64,000 nucleotides of DNA from Amoebidium appalachense (Eukaryota > Protista > Ichthyosporea): the NCBI GenBank assembly GCA_963693365.1, contig CAVNZM010000002.1:2434259-2498258 (forward strand), in the 5' to 3' direction. A model generated the notes under the pieces. The model made no database searches, had not been told where the DNA came from, and was given only the letters and a program-made list of their open reading frames with translations. How positions within the stretch are numbered: position 1 is the stretch's first letter; every line of letters begins with the position of its first letter. Positions 15,958 through 61,349 of this stretch are shown one piece after another. A program made the translations under genes and the position numbers.

Positions 15958-16938
15958 GGGGGGAGGGGGGGAGGGGGGCTCAACACTAATCATAACAAGA
16001 ATGCATATCCACACGAATTGAAACTTTATGTAGGGCTTCATAGTTTTTGCCGTTCAGAAGCGTTTCACGATTGCACACCCTTGAAAAACACCCTATTATT
16101 CAATAATTATATCTGTTAGATTAGCATGTTTACCTCGGCTATGGTGCACCGGGTCTACACACCTGTCTTGGGAATCATGACTTTCATGACATAGTTCTCA
16201 CTAAAAGGAATTGGTTAACGAGGGAGATGGAGGGACCACCGTGGGTGATACTGTCGTTTCTTTCGGAACGAGAAGTTTTTTTTTTTGTTTGTTTTTTTGT
16301 TTTTTTTTGCCTTTGGTTGGGGTGGGGAGGGGAGGGGGCCGGGGGGGAGGGAGGGGAAGGGGAAGGAGACGGGGGGGTAGATAGCAGGGGGGGGAGAGGG
16401 GGGAGGGGGGGGGTGCAATCAGGTAGGGAGGGGGATAATCAGGAAGGGGAGGGGGAAGAGAGAGGGGGGGGGGGGGTGCAATCAGGAAGGGAGGGGGAAG
16501 AGAGGAGGGGGGGGGGGGGGGGAGGGGTGTCTATTGTGAAGGAACCAAATCGAAGGCTAAAAAAACAAGAATTTGAACTCCATATATGAAAAACCCTCAG
16601 GTTGCCGAGTCTGGTGAGGGTGAATTTGTGTCGTTTGGGGGCATGGACTGCTATTCCGTTCACCAGGCAGCCCGGAGTGTTGTGAAATTTCTTGAAATCG
16701 TGGACCCCCCTGCAGCAAAAAGGGTTAAGGATCGGCTGGCCCCCTTTGAACTGTTTGGCCCGGAGATGCACAAATACGGCATGGTAAGTTGGTTTTGCTA
16801 GGTTTTCGCCCGGCCACCGCTAAATTTTTAAATAGGAAGTTCTTGCATTCAGGGTGTCTCGGTGTCTCCCTAGCTTTTCGAGACTCTGGCCACACAGTAT
16901 TAAAGGCTACGTTGTTCTGTGTTGCTTAATACACAAAT

Positions 16939-16971
<33 letters not shown>

Positions 16972-18097
16972 TTCCTCCCCCTCCCTCCCCCTCCCCCCGG
17001 GGGCCGAGTCCCCCGGTTACCATCGAAAGGAAGGTAGGTGGACTGTAATGCAACATTCCCTCGATGCCCAAAACATGCTAAAAACTTTTGCGGGGGGGGA
17101 GGGGGGGGGGGGGGGGGGGGGGGGAAGGGGGGGGGGGGGGGGGTAAAGGGGGAACAGATGTTTTTGTTATTTTCAATTTCTTGTCTACCTCAGAGTCTCA
17201 GATACCGCTCAAAACCACAAATTATAAGTGTCGGAAAGATTTACTGTGGCGACAAGGGAGACGATTATATTCTTATATTAGCTTCATATGGCAGACAAGT
17301 GGCAGCTGATACTGCAGTTATCTAGATGATAGGTTCTATTGAGTAACCCGTATGGTCCTGGATTGGTTTAAAGAAAGCCAATTTTTAACTTAGGTAATTG
17401 ATTGGTTGTTTGTGCAGAATGCGGCGTATGGTGTTTTGGAGGAGATTGTGCCCCAGCTGAAAGAAAATCTGATGAAGACACTGAGCGAGGTGCAGGCCGG
17501 AAACAGGGGAGAATACACCCTGCAGGTGTGTGGTTGCTTGTGCGCATGCTTGTGCGTGTGTGTGTGCGGTTGCGTGTGCGTGTGCGTGTGCTTGTGCGTG
17601 TGCGTGTGCTTATGCTTACATGGTGCCATGATGCCGGTTTGTGTGTGTTTTCATAAAAATCAACTCTTTTGATAGAGTACTCTGATAGATTCCAAAAAAC
17701 GTACACAACCCTCATCCCGAGTCAGAGCTCCCTCTTGCTCATGAAACAACACCCAGCTATAGCAAATGTAATCTTCTGATTGTACCATTCTGAAAATGGC
17801 TCCAAATGGCAAAACATGATTGGTCGGCTCAGTCGACGTTTGCTCGAAAGTCAGTTCAGAAACAGATATAAAAGTATACGAAATAATGATATTTTCCCCA
17901 AACCATCTTAGTAACGTATGTAGGTAAGACATATACTGTACCTGTCGACATTTACAATTTATTTGGGGCTTTCATATTGATTTTGAGCCGCAATAGAGTT
18001 GTTTAGGCCTTGGTCGGGACCCGTGTAAATCAATTAGGACGGTCCTCAAGAGGTTAAGGTCCTCTCTAACCATCCCTCCCCCTCTCCCCTTCCTTCC

Positions 18098-18128
<31 letters not shown>

Positions 18129-19575
18129 AATAATAATAAAAATAAAATAAAAAATCCAACCACACAGTATTGTCTCAAACGTGACCCCGAGGAAGCTGCG
18201 GATGAGCTCTTCAACGCAGAGCAGTGCTGCGAGGTGTGTGTTTGTGTGTGTGCCTTCAAGGGGGGGGGAGGGGGGGGGGGGGGGGGGGGGGGAAGGGGGG
18301 GGGGGGGGGGGGGGATCATATAGCTCGAGGGGGGAAGGAGGGGGAGGGTGGGAAGTAGAATACTAGAATATTCTATTACTCAACTTTGCAGAGTAACACA
18401 ACCCCCCCCCCCCCCCCCCACCGCCACTGCCCACCTCCATGCCGTCCCCCTACACCAGGTGATGATCAATGGGGAACAGTATTTCCGCAAACTCTACAGC
18501 GACCAGGGCAGGTCAGGGTTGACGTGGAATGTGAGGGACCAGGTAAGTTTGTGTAGAAAATCCCCCCCTCCCCCTCCCCCCCTCCCCTCCCCCCCACTTT
18601 TTTTTCTTTTTAAAAAAAGGGAAGGGGGGAGGGGGAGGGGGAGGGGGAGGGGGAGGGGGGAGGGGGGAGGGGAAGGGTGAGGGGGGAGGGAGAGAGGGGG
18701 AGAGAGAGAGAGCAAGCAAATGAAAAAAAGAAAGAGTGAGGGAGGGAGGAAGCGAGGTTTTATAGGAAAGAGGGAGCAGGGGGGGGGGGGGGGGGGGGGG
18801 GAGAGGAGGAGGGGGGGGGGGGTTATGGAGAGGTAGGTCTTGGAGAGAGTTGGGGCGGAAAGGTCAGTGAAAAGAAAGCAGGAAATAAACATGGTTTTTT
18901 AATTTTTTACGCAGGGATGCTGTTGAATATTCGGAACGAATTATGGAATATAAGACTGAGGCAAGGGCTTGCCTTTTCCTTTCTTTTGTGGGTCCCATAT
19001 CCTCAGTGTGAAGAAGGGAGGGGGGGGGGGGGGGGGGGGGAAGAGGGTTCTTTAGCACACGACCAGAAACTTGAGCAGATAATTAGGAGAATTCGATTTT
19101 TAACTGGCCAATGGGAGCACAGCACATGGTGAGCACTGTGCTGCGATTGGTGGAGCATCAGCAGGGCTATTCCCGCAGTGGCCAACCCCCCAAGGTGGTT
19201 GTATGGGCCCACAATTCACACTGCGGTGATGCAAGGGCCACCCAGATGGGCAGGCACGTCCCCCCCCCCCCCCCCCCCACCACCACCCCCCTCCCTCCCC
19301 CCCCCCCCCCCTCCTTAAACAAAAAAAAAAAGACCATCGCCAACCACCGCCACCCCAACCCCGGGGTATACACACACTCGTACACACACACGCGGAAAAA
19401 AAAAAAAAAAAAAAAAAAGAAGAAGAAGAAGGGAAAAAGGAAAGGCGGAAGAGGAAGAAAAACAGAAACTTTGAGAAGAATAAGTATGCCCAAACCACTA
19501 GCCTTATGTTATATTTGCTGTCCTGTTAGAGAAATGGTACTATGCCGAGGAAAAAAACGTGTAGGGAACAGAAAA

Positions 19576-19620
<45 letters not shown>

Positions 19621-20138
19621 TGCATCCGTGTTCGTTACATGCCAAGTGTGAGTTTGCCTTGCACATGAGAGAGGAGATAAGGTTTGATAAGGTAGTATTG
19701 CCTGAGTGACCGGGCTTTCTTTCTTTTCTTTTCTTCTCTTCTGTTTCTTTCTTTCTTTTCCTTTTTCTAAGGGGGTGGGAGGGAGGGCCGCCCCGGGGGG
19801 AGGGGGGGGGGCTCACTGAGCATTGAAGAATATTCCCAACCAAAGTTGGCTATTTAACCCTCTTTGAACATCTAGGCCAAACCAATAATCACGGTATATG
19901 CCAACTAAAGCAATGCGTGTGTGTGAGTGCAGGCAGGGAGAGACCAATCTTGGGCAGATGATGCGGCAGACTTTTGGGCCCGACAAGGTCTACATAGTGG
20001 GCCTAGGCACATACAACGGCACCGGTAATATTGGACTAAATTAGTTTAAATGTTTCTATTGTTTAAACATTATCTGTTTCATCTGTATTTACCCCCCCCC
20101 CCCCCCCCCCCCCCCCCTTTTTAACCAACCAACCAACC

Positions 20139-20169
<31 letters not shown>

Positions 20170-20336
20170 TTCCGCCCCTTCCCCCTTTCGTTCTCCCTCG
20201 TGGTAACCCTTATCTGACAATCCTATGTGAAAAAGTTTTTTATTTTATTTTTTGAATGTTGCTTCATTTTTTCGTCAACCCTCTCCCTCCCCCCCACCCC
20301 CTCCCCACCCTCCCACTGCCCCCCTCCCCCCCCCCC

Positions 20337-20384
<48 letters not shown>

Positions 20385-20637
20385 ACACACACACGTATAG
20401 AGCTTATATACCCACATGCAATCCACAGTGACAGCAGCCAAAGAGTGGGGGGAGCCGCCCCATTTCTATCGTCTGAGCGATGGCGCAGATGGCAGTGTCG
20501 AAGACGTCCTGCACTGTGCCTCCCAGTTCCTACGGTAGTTGTCTCACTCCCCCCCCCCCCTCCCCCCACCCCCCGCCCCCCCCCCCCCTCCTATGTTCCT
20601 GTTCCATTTGACCTGCGCATCTTACGACCATTTCAAG

Positions 20638-20675
<38 letters not shown>

Positions 20676-20712
20676 TGTTTTTTCCCCCTTTGCCCCGGCC
20701 GCGTCCTCCTTT

Positions 20713-20747
<35 letters not shown>

Positions 20748-21900
20748 CCATGAAAAAAAGAAAAGAAGAAAAAAACAGTCAACTGAGTGTCGTAACACGT
20801 ACTCTTACAAATCTAGCCCCCCATTACGTTTGTCCTTGGGGTCGTTTTCTCGCTTTAGTCAGCCCAAAACAACGTTTTTAGTATTTGCAAGATAACTAAT
20901 CAGCAGAACAACAGCGAAACAACAGCAATGGAAACTGAAAACAGACGGGGAACAGGTGGGTAAGGTGCGAAGAGGGGGAGGTTGAGGGGAGGGAGGGGGG
21001 GAAGGGGGAGTAAGGGGGAGGATGGGGTCGGGGTTAAGGGTGAAGGCTTTCTGTCTCCATGTCCGAGGGCCCAATATAATATCCCGTCCATGTCCATGGA
21101 AATCTACTTGTATATCCCGTCCACCGGTCGATTATCTATGATATATCCATGACCACGAAAATCTAACCAATCACATATCTAACCATGCACATATCTAACC
21201 ATGCATATATCTAACCATGCATACCAACTTGCGTGGGCACACAAACATCACCATGCACATATCTAACCAATCACATATCTAACCAACCACATATCTAACC
21301 ATGCACATATCTAACCAATCACATATCTAACCATGCACATATCTAACCAATCACATATCTGAACATGCACATATCTAACCAATCACATATCTAACCATGC
21401 ATCCCATTTGGCAGAGCCCACAGCAAGCCACGAGATTTTATGATCTTTCTCCGGCGCCCTCTCACCAAAGACAACGAAGAGGCCAGAAAGGTCCAGGTAC
21501 GATAATGCCAAATCCCCCCCCCCCCCCCCCCCCCTCCCCCAACTCCTTTAACCCCCCCCCACCCCCCCCCCCCCCATCCCTCGCCCCACCATCCCCCGTC
21601 TCCCCCCCCCCCCCCCACACACACACAAACGCACAAAGATAATAATAATTAAACAGCACAGGAACACGATTGTATGTTCATTTTCAACCGTGTCCTTGAC
21701 TTACATAAACCCTATTAACCGGTCCTTCCACCTGCAACATTTACTTTCACACCTTAAGCGTCTGAACCCCTCCCCTCCTTCTCCCTCCCCAAAATACACA
21801 CACACACACACACGCCTCCGTACCCAACCCCTCCACCCCGCACCCCTCAATCACCCACAGAAAGTCTACCCACTGAGTTTGCTCCTATATGTTATCACAG

Positions 21901-21933
<33 letters not shown>

Positions 21934-23541
21934 TTCCCCCGTCGGCCGCCACAGCCGCCCCCCTTTACAGCCTTCCAAGGACCATCACCACCCACCCCCT
22001 CTTCCCCCCGGGGACGTGCCAAACCCACACACCCCACGAGGGTCACCCAGCTCACCCAAGCATCCCCCCCCCCCCCCCCTCCCCCCCCCCCCCCCCCCCC
22101 CCCCCCCCACACACACACACCCCTCACCTGGTCGAATGGTACATTCAACCATCAACATTGAACCATATCCCCCCTCCCCCCCCCCCTCCCCCCCTCCCCC
22201 CCCCCCCCCCCCCCCCTCCCCCCCCCCCCTTCCTCCCATTCCCGTGGCGCCCCAACTACACACACACATGTACACCCGCCCACCCGCCCACCCACCCACC
22301 CACCCCAACCCCCCCCCCCCCCCCCCCCCCCCCCCCACACACACACACCAACAGCGTCTTCGGGATGCTCTCGGCCAAGCCCGCATCTCTCGTGCCGTGG
22401 GTGTGTGCTACAAAAAGGACACAGAAATGCACTCCCACTACATTCCCGTCACTGTATTTGACTGGGTGGATTCTCTCCTCTTCATTGATCGCACATCTGC
22501 ACTCATTCCACTCGACAAAGGGGCGGACTGGATCCGTGGGTGTGAGAGTTGGGTCAGAGCACGGGTAGCCATCCCCTCTCCCCCCTCCCCCCTCCCCCCT
22601 TCCCCCCAACTCCTCCCCCTCCATACTCCCTCCTCCCCTCCCCCCCCCCCCTCCTCCTCCCGCTCCTCCTTCCGGATCCCCTCCCTCCCCCTTACCCCCC
22701 ATTAGAGTCCATATCATCCCCCCTCCCCCCCCCCCCCTCCCCCCCCAACCTTCCCTCTCCCCAAACAAGATGCCTTGCCCCCATCATTCTGAGACTACTG
22801 ACTAAATAGAGAAACCATAAAAGCTTAAACAATCACACCTCCCTGCAAGAAAAAAAGACAAAAAAGAGGGGGAAAAAAAAAACCAAAAAAAAAACCAACC
22901 AAGCAAGCCCGCTGCATTTTGCATAAGTTAAAAAAACCAGATAAGCGGAGTCTTAGGTATTCAAGAGTATTCTCATGTATTCCATGATATTCCATCAGGA
23001 GCGAGAGTGTGGGTTTGAGGGCTGCCCCACCCCCTTGGGCTACGGTAGCCATGAAGATCTGCAGGAGGTGGTGCGACCACCCAATCAAAACGAGTGGCTG
23101 GAGGAGGGTAAAATGCGCAGTCAGCAGAGGCCCAGCAAGCTGCCTAGGCTTGACCACGTGCAGGTGTGTTCGTATGTGGGGAAAGAGGGGGGGGGGGGGG
23201 GGGGGAAGGGGGCGGGGGGAGGGTGATTCACGTATGAGTGTGCGTGTGTGTGTGTGGTGTATGTGTGCATGTGAGCGCGCGTGCACACGGACGTGTATAT
23301 TTGTGTTTAGGTGTGCATGTACGCATGCTTGTCCGCATGTGTTTGAGTGTGATGGTGAAGCCGACGGGAGGGGGAAGTTGGGGCAGGGAAGGAAGGTGCT
23401 TGGGAAGGGGTATGACGGCTGGCATCAACAGTGTGATTTAAGATAAGATGTGATACTCGACTTTTAGGCAGTAGATGAGGTGGGGGTGGGTGGTGGCCTT
23501 CTCGAACAACGGAGGAAGTACTGGCTGCATTCATGGTGTAC

Positions 23542-23583
<42 letters not shown>

Positions 23584-23832
23584 CCGTGGATGCACCACGG
23601 TGGTGGTGGTAGTCGTGTTGGTGGTGGTGGTTAAGGGAGTGAGGAGGGAAGGAGCAGGCCCGGTGAGAGGTTTTTTTGGGGGGGGGAGGGGAGGGGATTA
23701 GGGGGGAGAGAGAGAGGTTGTGTGGGGTGGTGGGGGCAGGGGGGAGCTCGAGAGGTGGAGGGAAGGAGGGCTGCATAGCTAGATAAGAGATGCCAACGGC
23801 AATATTTACATCAATGCAAACTGCAGGACTGA
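14269..23832 (+). CDS. Erythromycin esterase (EreA/EreB-like) family protein, 13 exons
   Basis: Exons 14269-14523, 15435-15662, 16601-16783, 17418-17525, 18168-18233, 18459-18542, 19123-19253 (GC donor), 19933-20024, 20429-20534, 21415-21496, 22355-~22564, 22999-23163, 23827-23832 join in phase. Family motifs: LLGEATHGTSEFY, EKGF.AV.VEG.WP, FPLWMWRN, G.D.YS, WNVRDQHM, VVWAHNSHCGDARATQMG..GE.NLGQ, GTVTAA.EWG, RAVGV.Y...TE..SHY, D.TSAL.PL. The last two exons are less certain. Confidence 0.88.
21161..21402 (+). repeat. 16-bp minisatellite (ATCTAACCAATCACAT / ATCTAACCATGCACAT) at the 3' end of an esterase intron
   Basis: About 13 units in two blocks, containing 12 CTAAC cores; ends 12 nt before the acceptor at 21414. 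Confidence 0.9.
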
Positions 23833-24153
23833 TCGGTTCTATGGGTGAGACTGCCGGCAGAGGGGTCTACATATTGCCATCCACCCGAGAGCCGCCCACC
23901 CGCCCACATGATCATAAGATATATACAGCTTCATGGATTTGCTTTGGTTGAATCTTGTGTATATCTACTGAACGCGAGATATGTAAACTGCATTTGCTGG
24001 ATTTCTTTTTTATTTTATTTTCCTTCTCTTTCTTTCGTGGCCCACGGGTAGTGGGAGTGGTGGTGGGTGGGTCACCCGGGGTGAATGGCAAACACTGCCG
24101 CAGATGCGTGCGGATGCGTGCCTGCGTGCAGAGTTAAGTTGTGGTGGGGCGCA

Positions 24154-24189
<36 letters not shown>

Positions 24190-24903
24190 TAACAATCTGT
24201 TTATGCATATGTTGTAAAGCAGATACCGTTCATAATCCTTGTTCAAAAAAACTTGCTTGCGGCATTATCCCGTTTTTGTGCATATTGTTTGGCTAGGAGG
24301 TATAGTAAGATATCGGAGGTGCATGTGTATTCCAGTTTGTATATGTATGAAAGGGTGAGGTATCCTAACCTCTGACATATTTATTCGTGCTCCATATTGA
24401 ACCCCCGTGGGGAAATCTATCAATTTACAGAATAAATGCGGAGATAGCCATACAAAGACACTTTCATGCGTGATATTCAGAGATATAGCTATGTTCAAAA
24501 GACGTATCCCTACATATTACTCGTGGAGGGAGCAATAAAAAGCAATAAGAATCAAACCCTAAAAGCGAGAGATAGGTACCACAACGTTGAGTTCAGAGGC
24601 AAGCAAGACACTCATCTTAACAGCCTGTTCAAAAACAACAGCCGCTCAGTTAGTAGTTGGAATATGCAGCCATTTTGCATCCTTCTATCACATGCTATCC
24701 ACATCGTCATATCCAATCACAGCTACACGTATGACAACCACAAGAGATAAATTTTGGGTAACATGTGCTTATTTGAGCAAGAGCTGTCAAGCGGCCACTC
24801 TTTTACTTATCCAGGTTCTAAGACACATTCGTATGGTCTATCTGAAGCCGGTGCCAACACACACAACATAGTATATAACCGTTTGCAATTTCAAATATCT
24901 ATC

Positions 24904-42124
<17,221 letters not shown>

Positions 42125-43350
42125 ATTAAAGCTGTTCCATTGAAAGGACACTCCGTAATTTACACAGTGTGCTTTGCTCCTCCGCTTGCAGAAATGTGTG
42201 ACCCTTCTTCTTTTTTGTGTGTGCTGTGCTGCTCCTCTGGCTCAGTGAGTTGATCTTGCTGTTCACAATCACTTTTCTGAAGATGTTTCTATCTAATTTT
42301 GACGGAGTTGTCCTAAAAATCGGTACAGAAAGGCGCAATCAAGATCATAAGAAGAGATGAAGGTAACCAACTCAAGTGGGTAATGTAACGAAAAAAGGGT
42401 TCAAAAACACTCTACACTCCCTGTGTGACGGGACGTAGCAACCAAAAAATTACACTTCTATACAGAGCGATGGCCATGTATAGCACTCTAAATGAGTGAA
42501 GGTTTATGAGTATACTGTATACTGAATACAGACACCTTGTAAAATTAAAGCTCTTCAATATATTTCGCTTTTGACCGTTATTCTCAGAGTAAAACATATC
42601 ATCGAACTGTGATGAAGCTTGATGCAGTTGATAACGCAGTCAAATTTTGTGCGCAACAATGGACTTGTCTTGCGCAAAAATACCTCCTATATTTGGCTAA
42701 TCAGGGAGATCCGCCGCTGAAAACCTGCCATATATAGTTTATCAGGAAGCCATCCAACTTAGTGACAACAGGCAACTGAGTCTCAACCTGGCTGCTCAGC
42801 GTTGCAACCGGCAAGAGCCTTTTACATTCATGGGGTATGCCTATTTGTTGATTTGTTATTCACTATATTTTGGCCATATTGTTAACGTTGGTCAATAATA
42901 TAGTAGGGTTGGGCGTTTCTGTCTGAAAAGCGGCCGCCGCCGCCGTTACTCTGTGACCAGTATAAAAAGCGCCAATCGTTTTCCGCCTGAAAACTAGGAG
43001 CCCAATCAAATGGAGTGTTCAGATTCTTTGGAATGTTGCCTGGCTCACGTGAAAAAACTGAAGCTACACAGCCTGTGACAATGTAAAACAGTTGTTTACC
43101 GTGCACGAAAACAACGTGTCGTAATGTCAGTCTGTACATATAAATTGTGTTTAAAAAAGGATTTAAACGTGTCAACCACTGCCTCTTAGGCTAACGTTAC
43201 ACATGGAATAGCACATTGTGATCGGGACTACAACGTTTGGTGTGATGATCTGTCCCTTACGTAGACAAACATCCTTAATGGCGTTCAGTTTTCTGTTCAA
43301 AACATCTGGTACTTTATAGGGGTTCTTTGACTCGCCACACCTCCAAAGGA

Positions 43351-57753
<14,403 letters not shown>

Positions 57754-58444
57754 GTCACTAATCACGTTCCATGGTCTGAATTTTTTTAGGGATATGAATG
57801 TCAGCTGTTATATACAGTAATTTTGAACAAGGGCTTTGCTTGTGCCCACTATGTGGGAGTTCTTAGGCGTGGGACGGCTTTTTGAAGGAGGCTGGGGGAA
57901 ATAATGAATGTTAAAAATAATAGGCAGGTGGCGTATTACTAATGCTTTGGCATGAATGCGTCTGGATTAAAGTGACATATCTTGTTGAGGATCCGGATTA
58001 TTGCCTGTAACAACATCAACTTTCATTCTGTAAGAAAAGGCCGGGACGTATACGTACGTACACATATGCATGATAGTTTCGCGGAGTATGTACAGTAGTA
58101 CAGCTTAACCAAGAAATCTAATGTGAATAATGGTGCTGTTAAATAGTTGCATCGAGAACAGAGTGTATATTCCTGTAACACTGAATAAATGTCCAGGCGC
58201 GTCGTTACTTCTATAATCAATGTATGTATAAAGTTTTGCACATCGCGATCGAATGAGTACAGACTCTTGCAGTGCTAGGCTAGACCATGCATGCACCGAA
58301 ATTACCAATTAATTTTAGTTCCGCACTCATGATCATACAAGTGGTCATGCCACATGCCTACGCGCGATCTTCATGTTCTGGGTGGATTGTATATAAACCA
58401 ACGGCGCCATCGATGCACAAACGCGGCGTGTGGCACACACCCCG

Positions 58445-58475
<31 letters not shown>

Positions 58476-59044
58476 ACACATACACACACGCACGCACGCA
58501 CACACACACTGGTACACACACACACACACACACACACGCACAACGCACAACGCACACCCACACCCACATGTACAAGCACACAGGTGCACACACACATGTA
58601 CACACGCACACATACGTATACGCACGAAGACATCACAGCACTTACACACTCGTAGAAGACATACACGCAAACAAACAAAAACACACGTTTTCAATCCCCT
58701 AGAAATAAGACTCCTTACGACAACCGTTTTCTCCCCACTAAGTGTGCATGTGGAGTTTCCCACAACGGTGAAGTCAAACCACAACCGGTACCCTTGCCCG
58801 GCTCGCCGTTGCTGACATCCTGTTTTGCGAACCCCGTAGCTACCTCGTGTGAACACACATTCCTGTCATTCCTTTTTATTAATTATAATTTGAATCATGG
58901 TGTTGGTTTGCAAATGCTGTCCGCGAAATACAGGCCCAAATGAATGCCGTTATAATATAAACGAATGTTTGTTTAATGCATTTGAAAGCTATCTCTTGTA
59001 ACACTCTTGTAATTAATCATGGGTTGTTGCACGAATGGTTGTGC

Positions 59045-60316
59045 ATGCGAAGTTTATGCCTCTCCATTTTAATAATAATTTTTTTATCCGTGTGGAAGAT
59101 TGCGGAAGCTTATCACGCAAATGGAATGCGATCCGCACCCAATCATTTCCTGCCGAATGTTACGGAACAGGTTCAAACCCTGGCGTAAGTATCGTGGTGT
59201 TTTATCGAAGGCCCGGGAGTGTCCACCCTATTTATCAAGGCTTGAGTCGACCCAGCTGATTTGCTTAGTGCATCACTTTACTTTCCTTGACAAAAATATG
59301 CTTGTGCTTTCTCTTTCTGATATCAGTTTCCGTTGAAGAACTTGATCTATAGTCTATATGACCCCTCCTCCAGTCGCTAAGATGTTGACTGGTTTTACAG
59401 CAGGCCCTTTGCTGGCACAAAACGGAGCTTCCGATCTAACCACAAAGGGCTCAACAGCTCTTTGTCGTCGATGAACTACCGTGCACAGGACATAAGGCAA
59501 CGTACATGTCACATGGTCTACTTTTTTCGGCTTCACACCCTTTCTACACAGCTGTTTCTCAGTGGGTACCGACTATAGTCCTCGAGCACAACGTGAAAAG
59601 TGGTTTAGTTAGAGCCCATGGTCCACACTTGCATTTATTCTTGCCACACCAATATCGATAGTATAATATGCTTCATACCATAAAAACCACACTGCCACGA
59701 GACAGCCGGGCTGCTGAAGCCTCCCCATTCCAGTAATAATATGGCTAAGCGCTGCGTCAGAACGTTTTCAGCTCTGCTGTGTGCAGCTACAATCGCACAT
59801 GTCGGCATGTGCACGGATGCGGCAAACACACACCAAAGTATACGTAGGTCCCCCGTCTTCCATTTGCACAGGCTATTGACCACGCCAGTGTGATTTGCAC
59901 ATTAATCTTTATTTCTTTAATTTGGGTTAATTTAGAGAGAGTGCCTCAGAACACGTAACTTGATGTGCACGCACAACACATGCACCTACGCGCGTGCCCA
60001 GCGAAACATCCCATGCACGTTATATGCATGCTGACCGTGATATATGTGCACACTGTTGAGAACATTCAATTCACCTGGACATATTAACACCGCTGATTGA
60101 ATGCCCACACGTCATGCACCGAGGGAAATATAGGCACGCGTTTACAAGATCGCAAGCTTTCGCTCGCACACGGACACACGCCGTGCACACGCACACACAA
60201 GCGAGCACACTCACACACACATGCACACGCACATATACACACACGCACGTACACACACACACACACACGAACACACACGCACACGCCAGGAAGACACACA
60301 CACAAATGGCCCATGT

Positions 60317-60363
<47 letters not shown>

Positions 60364-61307
60364 TCATGCAAGCATGCATGCACGCGTCACAAGAACAATG
60401 TCACCCCATACGACATGCAAACGTGTTCGATACTTAGTAACACGCACACATCCACACAGTCACCATCTTTCACGAAGTCGCACGACAAAACTAGGAACTT
60501 CTGAAATGTCATTGAGCTTTCTCATCATTCTTTTTTCTATGTAAAAAAAATCACTCCACCCTTCCAGCCACACAGCCAGCAAACGAAAAGCTGGCAAGAA
60601 TGTCTTTGCTGTGTATTTGTGCACGTGTGTGTGCAGAGTGTGTGTTAGCAGGCGGGGGTGTTGTCAGTTCACATTCTTACATAGGTCTGCGTGTAGGGCC
60701 CCTTGGGCTGCATATTCGCCACCATGAGCCCGTGCACCACACGTTTGGGCTTGCAAGCAGCCAGCATAGGGCCAGGAGGGATTCCGGGCCGCTGGAGATC
60801 ACACTGCCAATTTTCGGGAAGGAATTTAGGCTGCAACTGCTAAGGGACACCCTGCCACCAGCATTGGCGGTGAGTGCATTTGTCATTATTATCATAGGCA
60901 GTAAACCAATAACCCTTTGCTTCTTTGCTACCAACGACCTGATATGCTCTGCTATAAATCCACTGGCCTTCCCTTCTTCCTCAGCCCCCCCACCCCCCCC
61001 CCCCCCCCCCCCACCCCCCCCCCCCACCCCACCCCATCCTAATCCCCACCCTATCCCCTCCCCCGCCACCACCACGACAAAGGAAAACACTCAGTTCCAA
61101 GTTTGGGGGCTACGACGCTTCAAATAAACTTAATCACCCCTGCACCAATCTAACATAAACTTTATTGTCATCATTTTGCACACACCACGGTGTGTACACA
61201 CGCACATTCACCTTCACACAGGCAAACGTATACAAGCACTCACCGGAATGCAGCCGCACGCACACGGGGCATGACTGGGCGCTGCCGGAACAGATACACT
61301 CTAACAC

Positions 61308-61349
<42 letters not shown>

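Noticed and set aside
21161-21402. CRISPR-like or telomeric array
   Set aside because: The units are head-to-tail with no unique spacers, there are no cas genes, the context is a eukaryotic intron, and the unit is not CCCTAA.
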